Shown: one piece after another, positions 1 to 8,971 of the stretch
How the letters are laid out: the number at the start of each line of letters is the position of its first letter
Numbering within the stretch: position 1 is the first letter of the stretch
Source: an uncultured bacterium
Lineage (GTDB): Bacteria > Actinomycetota > Acidimicrobiia > Spongiisociales > UBA5794
NCBI GenBank assembly: GCA_963801165.1
Contig: CAWDDT010000004.1
Span: 512,001-576,000 of the forward strand
DNA length: 64,000 nucleotides
Reading direction: 5' to 3'
Translations under genes and position numbers: made by a program
Notes under the pieces: generated by a model
What the model saw: only the letters and a program-made list of their open reading frames with translations
Told to the model about the DNA's origin: nothing
The model's database searches: none

Positions 1-282
1 CTCTTGACCGCGTTCCTCCGGCGCACCGCCGCCGCTGGTCTCATGTATCCGATGGCTTCCAACGCCGGTCTTCACGTCTGCGGGCGGCTGGATGAGCAGG
101 TGGACGAGTCGCAACTTTGTCTTGCTCTTGCGTCGCGCGGCGTCGCCGCTGAGGGTCTTGCCGGGTATACGACCGGGTCGGTGAAGATCGCCGGTCTGGT
201 GCTCGGCTTCGGCCGCGTCGACACCGTGCAGATCCCGGAAGCTCTTGACATTGTCGGCAGCGAACTTGGTCTGGACAAATAG
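1..282 (+). CDS. C-terminal part of a MocR/GabR-family PLP-dependent transcriptional regulator (truncated by window edge)
   Basis: AGLHV...GV...L..Y...GLVLGFG C-terminal pattern typical of MocR aminotransferase-like domains. Confidence 0.7.
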   Translation, partial: LLTAFLRRTAAAGLMYPMASNAGLHVCGRLDEQVDESQLCLALASRGVAAEGLAGYTTGSVKIAGLVLGFGRVDTVQIPEALDIVGSELGLDK

Positions 283-357
283 CCCTCTCTTGGCTCTAGG
301 CGCCAAACCAAAAGTGACATACCGTCTCCTCACAACAACGAGAGAAGGCGCACGATC

Positions 358-1296
358 ATGACCGACAAAGACGTCCCAACAACGATGAAGGCCGTTCGGA
401 TACACCCGCCGGGTGGGATCGGCGGCATCACATTCGATGACGTCGCAACGCCCGAGCCGGGACGAGGCCAGTTCCTCGTCCGGGTTCATGCGGCGGCCAT
501 CACCCGGGACGAGCTGAGCTGGCCCGCCGACCGGCTGCCCGCAATCCCGTCATACGAGCTCTCCGCAACCGTGGTCCGCGGAGGCGCTGGTGCCGTCGGG
601 TTCGAGCCGGGCCAGGCCGTCTGGGCGATGACCGGGTTCGATCGCGACGGTGTTGCCGCCGCGTATGCGGCCGTCCCGGCGGATGAGCTGGGCCCGAAGC
701 CGCAGTCGCTCCGCCATGCGGCGGCCGCAGCCGTGCCGCTGCCGGGTCTGAGTGCCATGCAGGGCCTTTTCGACCACGGTCGGCTGGCAGCCAACGAGCG
801 TGTGCTGATCCACGGCGGAGCGGGGGGAGTCGGAGCCTACGCCGTGCAGCTGGCCCGGCTGCATGGGGCCTACGTGATCGCCACGGTCTCGTCCGAGCGG
901 GTGGGCATGGCTCGCGAGCTCGGTGCCGATGAGGTGGTCGACCACACGACCACGGACTTCACCCGGATCGACCCGGTCGATCTCGTCTTCGATACGGCCG
1001 GTGGCGAACGTCTGCGCCGCTCGCCGGAGGTGCTGCGACGTGGGGGCCGTCTCATTTCGGTTGCCGAAGAGCCGCCGGCGGGAAGTGAAGAGAACGGGAT
1101 CACGGCCACGTGGTATCTCGTGGAGCCCAACCGGGCGCAGCTTGCCGAGCTCGCCCGACTTGTCGACACCGGGGCGCTTCAGGCGAAGGTCAGTCGGACC
1201 TTTCCGCTCGCAGACGCCCGGGAGGCGTTTTCGTTCCTGGCGGTGCAAGGCGGCACCGGTAAAGTCGTTCTGACAGCGATCGAGGACGAGTCATGA
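358..1296 (+). CDS. NADP-dependent oxidoreductase (MDR/quinone oxidoreductase family)
   Basis: MKAVRIH N-terminus, VLIHGGAGGVG nucleotide-binding loop, GKVVL C-terminus. Confidence 0.9.
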   Translation: MTDKDVPTTMKAVRIHPPGGIGGITFDDVATPEPGRGQFLVRVHAAAITRDELSWPADRLPAIPSYELSATVVRGGAGAVGFEPGQAVWAMTGFDRDGVAAAYAAVPADELGPKPQSLRHAAAAAVPLPGLSAMQGLFDHGRLAANERVLIHGGAGGVGAYAVQLARLHGAYVIATVSSERVGMARELGADEVVDHTTTDFTRIDPVDLVFDTAGGERLRRSPEVLRRGGRLISVAEEPPAGSEENGITATWYLVEPNRAQLAELARLVDTGALQAKVSRTFPLADAREAFSFLAVQGGTGKVVLTAIEDES

Positions 1297-2240
1297 GTGC
1301 AGAACCCTTTGCCGATCAGGAGCTCGCGGATTTCATCCGCGGTCTCGCGGACTTGCCTCCGATGACCGCCGGGGGCGACGCAGTCGAGATGCGGCGGATC
1401 ACAGAAGAGCGCTCGGCGAATCGGCCGCCCGGGCCGGCGATGGCTATGCACGACCTCAGCCTCGGCGGAGGCGTCCTTCCTTGCCGGCTGTATCAGCCCG
1501 ACGGTGCCCTCGATGCGCTCATCATCCTCTTCCACGGCGGCGGCTGGACCATCGGCAGCCTCGAGACCCACGATCGAGTCTGCCGGCTTCTCGCAGATCG
1601 CGCCGCGGTTCCCGTCCTTGCGGTCGAATACCGCCTGGCGCCTGAGTACCCCGCACCGGCCGCCATCGATGATGCGGTTACGGCGCTGGAGACCGCCGCG
1701 GAGGCCGTTGGCCCGTTCGGAGTGCGACCCGAGGTCATCGCCATTGTCGGTGACAGCGCCGGTGGCACGCTTGCGGCATCGGCAGCGCTGCGCACCCGCC
1801 AGCGCGATGTCGCCCCCGATCTCGTGGGGCTCATCTATGCCAACACCAACCTCACCGCCGACGACGGTTCGATGATCAGCAACGGCCACGGGTTCGGTCT
1901 GGAGAGGGAGGACATCGAGTGGTTCCACGAGCAATGGGTGCCGGACCGGTCCTGCTGGTCCGACCCTGAGGTGAGTCCACTGTTGGTCGACGACCTCTCC
2001 GGCTTCCCCGAGACGATCATCGTCACCTGCGAGCTCGACCCGCTACGCGATCAGGGCGAAGCATTCGGTAATCGGCTCTCCGCAGCCGGGGTGAACGTCA
2101 CCGTCCGACGGGAGCCGGGCATGGTGCACAACTTCCTGTTGTGGGACCTCATCTCGCCGGCGTGTGCCGCCGCCGCGGATCGCGTCGCCGACGACATCCG
2201 CCGGGCTATCGAGACGATGCTCGGTAGCGCGGCCCCATGA
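1293..2240 (+). CDS. Alpha/beta hydrolase, HSL-family esterase/lipase
   Basis: HGGGW oxyanion motif, EYRLAPE, GDSAGG nucleophile, DPLRD and H(NF); ATGA overlap with upstream gene. Confidence 0.92.
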   Translation: MSAEPFADQELADFIRGLADLPPMTAGGDAVEMRRITEERSANRPPGPAMAMHDLSLGGGVLPCRLYQPDGALDALIILFHGGGWTIGSLETHDRVCRLLADRAAVPVLAVEYRLAPEYPAPAAIDDAVTALETAAEAVGPFGVRPEVIAIVGDSAGGTLAASAALRTRQRDVAPDLVGLIYANTNLTADDGSMISNGHGFGLEREDIEWFHEQWVPDRSCWSDPEVSPLLVDDLSGFPETIIVTCELDPLRDQGEAFGNRLSAAGVNVTVRREPGMVHNFLLWDLISPACAAAADRVADDIRRAIETMLGSAAP

Positions 2241-2283
2241 CCCGTCGACGGGGGATCCTCGATCATCGCGGTACAGGCCCGGC

Positions 2284-3108
2284 CTATGACGGCAGCACGA
2301 CGGACTCGGTGGTGGGCTCCCAGGTGGCCTTGACGTAGAACACCTCCACGAAGTCGGTTGGGGTGTCGGCGATGGGATCGGCGGGGAGTACTCCTCCGGA
2401 GACGGACACGGACAACCCCCAGCTGTCGGCATAGAGCGGCGACGGGTTGCTCAGCGTGATGCACTCCTCAGTTGTGGACGAGTGGGTTGTCGAGTCGTTG
2501 ACCACGGAGTCGAAGCCCGTGCCCAGGTGTGCCACCAGCGCCAGGTTGTCGATAGAGGCGGCGCCTTTTGCCTCGTAGCACAGCTCGATGCCGGAGAGAC
2601 CGTAGGTGGTATCTCCCACCGAGATTGCAGATGTGAGCGACAGCTGTGACTCATTGAACAGGGCCGTGCCCCGGAGGTAGTACAGGGGCGCGCCGGCATA
2701 ATTGCCATTCTGCACCCATTCCGACGGACCATGCGTGGTGACGATGATGCCTGCGGCGAGCAGATCGGTGCTGTCGAGACCGTCCAAGGTGTCGGCGTTG
2801 TCTGCTTGGGCTGGTGTGCCGTCTTCGGCGCCGAGGTATTGGGCGAATCGCTGCATGAAGGCTGCCATCTGTCCCCGGGTGACGTTGTCGTCGGGGCAGA
2901 ACTGAGTGTTGTCTGGTGGGTTGCAGCCACGGGTGATGCCGGCGGAGGCCAGCCATTCGATGTTGGATTCGAAGACACTGGTGTCGTCGTCGGTGAAGGC
3001 GCCGCCGGCCGCCCAGACGGCAGGCGGGATGAGAACGACAGCGATGACGGCGGCGATGGACATTCTCCGCAGCCATTTGGCCGGGACGCGGACATTGAGA
3101 TCCTGCAT
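2284..3108 (-). CDS. Secreted S-layer homology (SLH) domain protein
   Basis: Signal peptide then FTDDD..FE.NIEWLA..GITRGCNPP....FCP...VTRGQMAAF SLH motif; ADTLDGLDS linker. Confidence 0.8.
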   Translation of the reverse strand: MQDLNVRVPAKWLRRMSIAAVIAVVLIPPAVWAAGGAFTDDDTSVFESNIEWLASAGITRGCNPPDNTQFCPDDNVTRGQMAAFMQRFAQYLGAEDGTPAQADNADTLDGLDSTDLLAAGIIVTTHGPSEWVQNGNYAGAPLYYLRGTALFNESQLSLTSAISVGDTTYGLSGIELCYEAKGAASIDNLALVAHLGTGFDSVVNDSTTHSSTTEECITLSNPSPLYADSWGLSVSVSGGVLPADPIADTPTDFVEVFYVKATWEPTTESVVLPS

Positions 3109-3251
3109 GAACTCACTCCTCCCTCTCCCAATCGGAGGCTCGAGGCTCGAACCTTGTCAGGCACACTATCGCCCAGGGGGTCCAGACGGGACCGGAAATT
3201 CACGCCGGTCGTGAGCGCTTCGCTGCCTGTGTCCCCCGTGGCGACGCGACC

Positions 3252-4010
3252 CTACACGATGATCAGGGCAATGACACCGGCGATCATGCAGTAGACGCCG
3301 AATGGTGAGAGCCCGCTCTTTCCGATCAGACGCAGCAGAAACGAGATGGCGAAGTAACCCGAGATAGCGGCGACGGCGACACCAACGAGGACGTTGCCGC
3401 CGATTCCCGTGCCCGCGTCGATCAAGTCCTTGGTTTTGAGGAGACCGGCGCCGGCTATCGCCGGGATCCCGAGGAGGAACGAGTAGCGGGCCGCCTCTGT
3501 TTCGCTGAACTTGCGGGTCAGCCCGGTTGCGATGGTCGTCCCGGATCGGGAGACGCCCGGGATGAGCGCGACCGATTGGCCGAGGCCGATGAGGATGGTG
3601 TCCTTCATCGTGACGCTCTCCACGTCACGTTCCCCGACCTTCAGCCATCGGGTGGCAAACAGCACCACCCCGGTCAGCAGCAGCGCAAGAGCGACGACCT
3701 TGGGGTGCTCGTCGACCCAGTTGAGCTGGGATTCGAAGGCGAGGCCGAACACGGCAGCCGGGATGGTACCGACCACCAACAGCAACAGCAGCCGTCTGCC
3801 CTTCTCGGTGAAGGTGACCATTTCCCGCACCTCGGAACGGAAGTAGATCAATACCGCCAGCAGCGTGCCGAGGTGCAGCATGGCAGTGATGTCGAGACCG
3901 GGCGGATCCTGGCCGAGCAGGGCAGGCACCAGCACGAGGTGACCACTCGATGAAATGGGTAGGAATTCGGTCAGGCCTTGAATCAGACCCCAGAATGCGG
4001 CTTTGAGCAT
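3252..4010 (-). CDS. uppP: Undecaprenyl-diphosphate phosphatase
   Basis: QGLTEFLPISSSGHL and PGVSRSG motifs, polytopic membrane protein. Confidence 0.96.
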   Translation of the reverse strand: MLKAAFWGLIQGLTEFLPISSSGHLVLVPALLGQDPPGLDITAMLHLGTLLAVLIYFRSEVREMVTFTEKGRRLLLLLVVGTIPAAVFGLAFESQLNWVDEHPKVVALALLLTGVVLFATRWLKVGERDVESVTMKDTILIGLGQSVALIPGVSRSGTTIATGLTRKFSETEAARYSFLLGIPAIAGAGLLKTKDLIDAGTGIGGNVLVGVAVAAISGYFAISFLLRLIGKSGLSPFGVYCMIAGVIALIIV

Positions 4011-4110
4011 GGCGGCGCAGCCTAACCCGTTGTGTTCTCAATGGCGGTAACCGCAGGGGGAGATGACGCTAAATGCGCTATGGCGCTGACGGGCCGGGAG
4101 GTTCGGCGTC

Positions 4111-4620
4111 TCAACGTCTCGGGGTGCCGATCATGACCACGACGGTGCTGTCGGCGGTCATGGCCGCGACCAGCGATGCCGATTCGGGCGGGAACGCTAC
4201 CGGCGCAGTCAGTTCGTAGCCGGCGTCGTTGATACCGCCGGCGACTATGCCGTCGGCGAAAGAGTCCCCCGCGGTCACCCGCACGGGGGTGCCCGGTGCT
4301 GCTGGTTGTGGCAGCGCCAGCGACACTGCCCACCAGCCGGCGGGCATAGTTGCCTCGGTGACGAGCGACGGGAGCAGCGGGCTCCCGGCCGGTATGTCCG
4401 TCACGGCAACACCGGCAACGGGACCTACCCAGGCGGGCAGGACGTCGCGTGGAACATCGCGCCAGGCGACCCCCTCGACGACATCACCGGTGGTGACCGG
4501 GGCGGCCGTGAACGGGTAGGCGACCACCGGTGCAGGCCGCATGTCGAGGTACATGCCACTGCACAGCATGAGCGCGGCGGAGATCCAACGGAGGTACGGG
4601 GGACGGCGAAGCCAGTACAT
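4111..4620 (-). CDS. SAF-domain / CpaB-like membrane-anchored protein
   Basis: Start MYWLRRPP at 4620, N-terminal TM, SAF-like 'VAVTDIPAGSPLLPS'; SAF genes occur near moeA in other actinobacteria. Confidence 0.55.
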   Translation of the reverse strand: MYWLRRPPYLRWISAALMLCSGMYLDMRPAPVVAYPFTAAPVTTGDVVEGVAWRDVPRDVLPAWVGPVAGVAVTDIPAGSPLLPSLVTEATMPAGWWAVSLALPQPAAPGTPVRVTAGDSFADGIVAGGINDAGYELTAPVAFPPESASLVAAMTADSTVVVMIGTPRR

Positions 4621-4649
4621 GAACCGAACGTATCGGGTTGTGGCGGGCG

Positions 4650-4872
4650 AAAAAAGACCCTCCCCGTGTTTCCCCCACAAGGGAGGAAGCCTCACGCAAG
4701 CAGGGGGAATGGTGGGGGACTTGCGTTCGGCACACGGGGAGGGGACCTGGTGATCTTGTGTGCACCGTAGCCACAGTTGAGAAGCTACATGTGTTCCATC
4801 GGAGAGCAATGCAAATGTTGCCCGGTGGTGCTGCCTCCTGATCTGATGGGCATCTGCTTTATGTTGCTCTCC
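4650..4872 (-). ncRNA. Putative structured non-coding RNA (~220 nt) with C-rich loops; 6C/Ms1-like features, family not assigned
   Basis: 10-bp perfect IR 4800-4809/4864-4873, 12-bp perfect IR 4658-4669/4732-4743, 7-bp IR 4694-4700/4720-4726 closing a C-rich loop, U6 tract at 4650-4655, upstream promoter. Confidence 0.65.
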
Positions 4873-4876
4873 GCTC

Positions 4877-4906
4877 AGTCTATCTATGCGCGCTCAGAGT
4901 AGCCAA
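4877..4906 (-). promoter_or_regulatory. Sigma-A-like promoter for the putative ncRNA
   Basis: TTGGCT-18 bp-TAGACT on the minus strand; implied TSS falls at the base of the 5' hairpin. Confidence 0.55.
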
Positions 4907-5001
4907 GAGAATTCTTTTTCGCGACTCGATTGTTCTCAACCCCCGTCCGTATCGACTGTCATCGCTGTGTGCGGGGAGAGTCACTCCTAGACTCAGCGGT
5001 C

Positions 5002-5580
5002 GTGGACACCGTCGTTCGGCTCCTAATCGCATACCTTCTCGGCAGCATCTCCTCTGGCGCCTTCGTTCCGAGGCTGATGGGGGTTGACATCTATGCCCAC
5101 GGCAGCGGCAACCCGGGTGCATCCAACGTCATGCGGACGCTCGGCAAGAAGGCAGGCGCAGTGGTGATGTTGGTCGACGCGTCCAAAGGTCTGCTCGCCG
5201 CCCTCATCGGTGGAGCCGGTGGCACCGAACTCGGGTTCTGGTGTGCGCTGGCGGCCGTGATCGGTCACGTCTTCCCCGTATGGCAGCGGTTCCGGGGCGG
5301 GAGGGGGGTGGCGACGGCGATCGGTGCTTCGCTTTTCCTGGCGCCGTGGTTCGGGCTTGTGCTCGCCGTCGCCTGGGGAGTGACCGTGGCGTTGACCAAA
5401 ACCGCGTCCATTGCGTCATTAGGTGCCATGGTCCTGTACGTGCCCGGATATGCCCTCTACGGTCATCGGGGCTGGGCCCTGGTAGCCGCCGCGCTCACGG
5501 CCGCGCTCGTCGTTGCACGCCACGCAGCCAACATCCGCCGTCTCCTCGGCGGCCGCGAACAGACTGTTGATACTCAATGA
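5002..5580 (+). CDS. plsY: Glycerol-3-phosphate acyltransferase
   Basis: AYLLGSI, GSGNPGASNVMR, GHVFP..RFRGGRGVAT, RH.ANIRRLL.G.E motifs. Confidence 0.95.
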   Translation: MDTVVRLLIAYLLGSISSGAFVPRLMGVDIYAHGSGNPGASNVMRTLGKKAGAVVMLVDASKGLLAALIGGAGGTELGFWCALAAVIGHVFPVWQRFRGGRGVATAIGASLFLAPWFGLVLAVAWGVTVALTKTASIASLGAMVLYVPGYALYGHRGWALVAAALTAALVVARHAANIRRLLGGREQTVDTQ

Positions 5581-6815
5581 GACCACTCTCCGAAGCGCAG
5601 CGCGACGTGCTGGCCGCCCTCGATCGACTACCCGTGACGCATGTCGAGTTGGCCGAAGCGAGCGGTCTTGCCCTGGCGGAGCCAATCGTCGCCACCCACG
5701 ACCTGCCTCCGTTCGCCAACTCGGCGATGGACGGGTACGCCGTTGTTGCTGCAGATACTGCTCGAGCACCGGTCGAGCTCGAAGTGCTCGAGGATGTCGC
5801 CGCCGGGAGCGTACCCACCAGGGCTGTGACCGCCGGTGCCTCGATCAAGATCATGACCGGTGCACCCATGCCCGAGGGTGCCGACGCGGTTGTTCGCGTC
5901 GAGGACACCCAGCCGGGTACCGGCAAGGTTCTCATCCTCGTCCCGGTTCCAAGCGGCGGGTCCGTGCGACCCGCCGGCGGCGACGTCGCTGCAGGAACGA
6001 GGGTGCTCGGGGTGGGCGAGCGGCTCACCCCGGCACGGTTGGGGATATGTGCGTCGCTCGGCTACCACGCGCCACTGGTGCGCCGGCGGCCACGAGTGGC
6101 AATCATGTCGACGGGCGATGAGATCGTCCCGCCGGAGACCGGGATTCTCCGCCCCGGGAAGATCCGGGACGCCAACCGATTCATTCTGCGCGGTGCTCTC
6201 ACGGAGTTGGGAGCCGAGGTGCTCGATTTCGGGATTGTCGGCGATGATCGCGACGAGCTGCGCGGGCGGCTGGCCGCAGCGGCCGCTGAAGCCGATGTCG
6301 TCGTTACGAGCGGTGGCGTGTCCATGGGCGAGTACGACCTGGTCAAGCATCTTCTGGCCGAGCTCGGCTCGGTCGACTTCTGGAGGGTGGCGATGCAACC
6401 GGCCAAGCCGTTCGCCTTCGGTCGAGTCGCGGATACACCTTTCTTCGGCCTCCCTGGCAACCCGGTCTCGGTCGCCGTGGCCGTCGAGCAGTTTCTGCGA
6501 CCCGGGCTTCTCCACATGATGGGGGCAACCCGGCTGTTCCGGCCCCGCCTCAAGGCCATCCTGGAGGAGGACGTCAACACAGAACCGCAACGGACCGTCT
6601 TTATGCGGGTCCGGTTGACCCCGGGTGACGACGGGGTGCTCCGGGCCCGGCTCAGCGGTGGGCAGGGCTCCAACATCATGACCGCACTGGCCGCCGCAGA
6701 CGCCTTCGCTGTGATCCCGGTCGGTACCGCCGAGGTGAAAGCGGGCACCATGGTCGATGTGGAGATGATGCACATGCCGGAGGCGCGAACCGCCTCGGAG
6801 GTGACTGATGGCTGA
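5577..6815 (+). CDS. moeA: Molybdopterin molybdotransferase (gephyrin-like)
   Basis: PPFANSAMDGYA, IMTGAPMP.GADAVV, STGDE, TSGGVSMG, GLPGNPVS. Confidence 0.96.
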   Translation: MRPLSEAQRDVLAALDRLPVTHVELAEASGLALAEPIVATHDLPPFANSAMDGYAVVAADTARAPVELEVLEDVAAGSVPTRAVTAGASIKIMTGAPMPEGADAVVRVEDTQPGTGKVLILVPVPSGGSVRPAGGDVAAGTRVLGVGERLTPARLGICASLGYHAPLVRRRPRVAIMSTGDEIVPPETGILRPGKIRDANRFILRGALTELGAEVLDFGIVGDDRDELRGRLAAAAAEADVVVTSGGVSMGEYDLVKHLLAELGSVDFWRVAMQPAKPFAFGRVADTPFFGLPGNPVSVAVAVEQFLRPGLLHMMGATRLFRPRLKAILEEDVNTEPQRTVFMRVRLTPGDDGVLRARLSGGQGSNIMTALAAADAFAVIPVGTAEVKAGTMVDVEMMHMPEARTASEVTDG

Positions 6816-7278
6816 AGGATTCACCCATCTCAACGAGAAGGGCGACGCCCGGATGGTCGACGTAGGAGCAAAGGAGACGACGGCGCGAGTTGCTGTGGCC
6901 GAGGCCCACTTGAGGATCTCACCCGACGTCAAGGCGCGGCTCTTTGCCGGGGACCTGCCCAAGGGTGATGCCCTCGGCGTTGCCAGGATCGCCGCCATCA
7001 TGGCTACCAAGCGCACGGCGACGCTGATCCCGCTGTGCCATCCCATACCGATCGATGGCGTCGACGTGACCGTCGACGAGACCGACGACGGCGCCAGGAT
7101 CGAGGTCACGGCACGCACGTCGTCCAAAACCGGGATCGAGATGGAGGCGATGACGGCCGCGGCCATTGGTGCGGTTGCCCTCTACGACATGGTCAAAGGT
7201 GTCGACCGGGGTGCCGAGGTGACCTCAGTGCGGTTGCTGCACAAGAGCGGCGGCAAGTCGGGGGAGTGGAACCGGTGA
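6808..7278 (+). CDS. moaC: Cyclic pyranopterin monophosphate synthase
   Basis: MVDV, KGD, LIPLCHP, TGIEMEA, YDMVK, KSGG motifs. Confidence 0.97.
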   Translation: MAEGFTHLNEKGDARMVDVGAKETTARVAVAEAHLRISPDVKARLFAGDLPKGDALGVARIAAIMATKRTATLIPLCHPIPIDGVDVTVDETDDGARIEVTARTSSKTGIEMEAMTAAAIGAVALYDMVKGVDRGAEVTSVRLLHKSGGKSGEWNR

Positions 7279-7754
7279 GAGCGATCGTTGTCACCGTCAG
7301 CGATCGGGCTGCCGCCGGGGCGGCGGAGGACCGGTCCGGCCCTGCCGCGGCGGCGAAACTTGCCGCCTTTGGCTTCGAGGGAGCGGAGGTGCGGGTCGTT
7401 CCCGACGGGATCGACAACGTCAAGGCCATCCTCGAGGAACTGGTCGTGGACTACGACCTGATCATCACAACCGGGGGCACCGGCTTCTCTCCGCGAGACG
7501 TGACGCCGGAGGCAACCCGGCTCATCATCGACCGCGAGGCACCCGGTTTGTCCGAGGCGATCCGCGCCGACACGTTCGGCAAGTTCCCCCACGGCATGTT
7601 GTCGCGCGGTGTCTCTGGGATCGCCGGGTCGACCCTCATAGTGAACCTCCCGGGCTCGGTGAAGGCGGTCGATGAATCGATGGATGTCATCGGCCCTGCC
7701 TTGAGACACGCCGTCGAATTGCTTATCGAAGGCACGAGTGACCACAATACGTGA
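7275..7754 (+). CDS. mog: Molybdopterin adenylyltransferase MogA/MoaB family
   Basis: TVSDR, DRSGP, TTGGTGFSPRDVTPEAT, NLPGS; GTGA overlap with moaC. Confidence 0.92.
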   Translation: MRAIVVTVSDRAAAGAAEDRSGPAAAAKLAAFGFEGAEVRVVPDGIDNVKAILEELVVDYDLIITTGGTGFSPRDVTPEATRLIIDREAPGLSEAIRADTFGKFPHGMLSRGVSGIAGSTLIVNLPGSVKAVDESMDVIGPALRHAVELLIEGTSDHNT

Positions 7755-7839
7755 TCACCCGCGAGGGACGGCGGGTCCAGAATGCTTGGTTACGTGCAGA
7801 GGCGTGCCTACGCTTTGCGGCGGACGGAGTAAGGACTAG

Positions 7840-8283
7840 ATGGACATATTGGCCTTCCTCATCATCGGGGGCGTGTGGGCGGCATTTCTGCTGCCCGCTT
7901 TCTTCGAGACCAGCAAGAGCGCTCCAATGCGATCGACGCGCAATTTTGCGCGTCACAACGATCTGCTGGCGTCGGTAACCAGGCAATCTGCGGCTGAGGT
8001 GCGGGCAGCTCGTCTTGCCCGTAGCCGTCGCCGCCGCACTGTCGCACTGCTCGGATCCGGGGCGCTGGGATCGCTGAGCGCCGCCGTGATGACCGGAAGC
8101 ACCCTCTGGCTGACGGTCACCATCGTCTTCGACATTCTGCTCGCCGGCTTCGTCACGGCGCTGCTGCAGGCGAAAGCCGCCCGGTTCCATCCCGTTGCTC
8201 CAGTCGTCGCGCTGGACCTCACGTCACCCGTCGTCGCAACCGCCGTCGAGCCCATCCAGACCATCCGCATCGTTGGAGCCTGA
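7840..8283 (+). CDS. GlpR/SepX-like membrane protein (putative divisome-associated)
   Basis: N-terminal TM ending 'VWAAFLLP', Arg-rich stretch (RRRR) before two further TMs; position after the moe/moa genes matches actinobacterial glpR. Confidence 0.5.
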   Translation: MDILAFLIIGGVWAAFLLPAFFETSKSAPMRSTRNFARHNDLLASVTRQSAAEVRAARLARSRRRRTVALLGSGALGSLSAAVMTGSTLWLTVTIVFDILLAGFVTALLQAKAARFHPVAPVVALDLTSPVVATAVEPIQTIRIVGA

Positions 8284-8286
8284 TCG

Positions 8287-8910
8287 GTGTCTGAACCGCT
8301 GGACCTCGACGCCCTCGAAGCCGAAGTGCGTGCCGAGCTCGACGGGAAGTTCGCAGCCCGAGAGCTGGCGTTGCAGAACTGCCGCAAGATCATCCAAGCG
8401 GCGTCGAAGGCGATCCGGGCAATGCACCGGGGCGACGTCGAGACGGCAGACCGGCTGCTTGCGTCGGGGCGGGCGCTCATCGAGGAGGCCGAGGCCCCTC
8501 TTGCCGATCATCAGGACATCTATCACGCCGGCTTCTTCTACGACGCGGTCAAGGAGTACGCCGAGGCCGAGCTGACCAAGGCACTCGTGTTGCAGAAGCC
8601 GCTGCCGCTTCCCTCCGAGCTCGGCCTGCATGCGGTCCCATATCTCAAGGGGCTCGGCGAGGCGGTAGGGGAGATGAGGCGGCGGCTGCTCGACCAGCTT
8701 CGCACCGGCGAGCTGTCCGAAGCCGAGGTCACGTTCCGCTATATGGAGACGATCCACGAGTTGCTTGCCGCACTCGACTATCCCGACGGGATGACGAGCC
8801 AGCTGCGAAGGACCACCGATGTGGCGCGTTCGTTGATCGAGCGCAGCCGCGCCGACCTCACCACCACGATCGTCCAGGAGCGTCTCCGCCGCCAGCTCGA
8901 GGCGAAATAG
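8287..8910 (+). CDS. Translin/Trax-family (C3PO-like) protein
   Basis: All-helical ~207 aa; RE...R.I...S..AI..HR, KEYAEA, YL.GLGE..GE.RR, LRR..D..R...E motifs as in archaeal translin-like proteins. Confidence 0.85.
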   Translation: MSEPLDLDALEAEVRAELDGKFAARELALQNCRKIIQAASKAIRAMHRGDVETADRLLASGRALIEEAEAPLADHQDIYHAGFFYDAVKEYAEAELTKALVLQKPLPLPSELGLHAVPYLKGLGEAVGEMRRRLLDQLRTGELSEAEVTFRYMETIHELLAALDYPDGMTSQLRRTTDVARSLIERSRADLTTTIVQERLRRQLEAK

Positions 8911-8911
8911 C

Positions 8912-8957
8912 TTCTGGCGTCGCAGACCGGAATATGTTCCGGTCCCGGACGCCAGAA
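8912..8957. repeat. Palindromic REP-like element (possible bidirectional terminator)
   Basis: TTCTGGCGTC...GACCGGAA-tatg-TTCCGGTC...GACGCCAGAA between convergent genes; 20 bp recur at 20318-20337. Confidence 0.7.
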
Positions 8958-8971
8958 AGGTCTTCGGCGTG

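Noticed and set aside
5628-7166. Long antisense ORFs (for example 5628-7166, 42507-44198, 23348-24529)
   Set aside because: Shadow frames of well-supported genes, expected in high-GC DNA; no recognisable motifs
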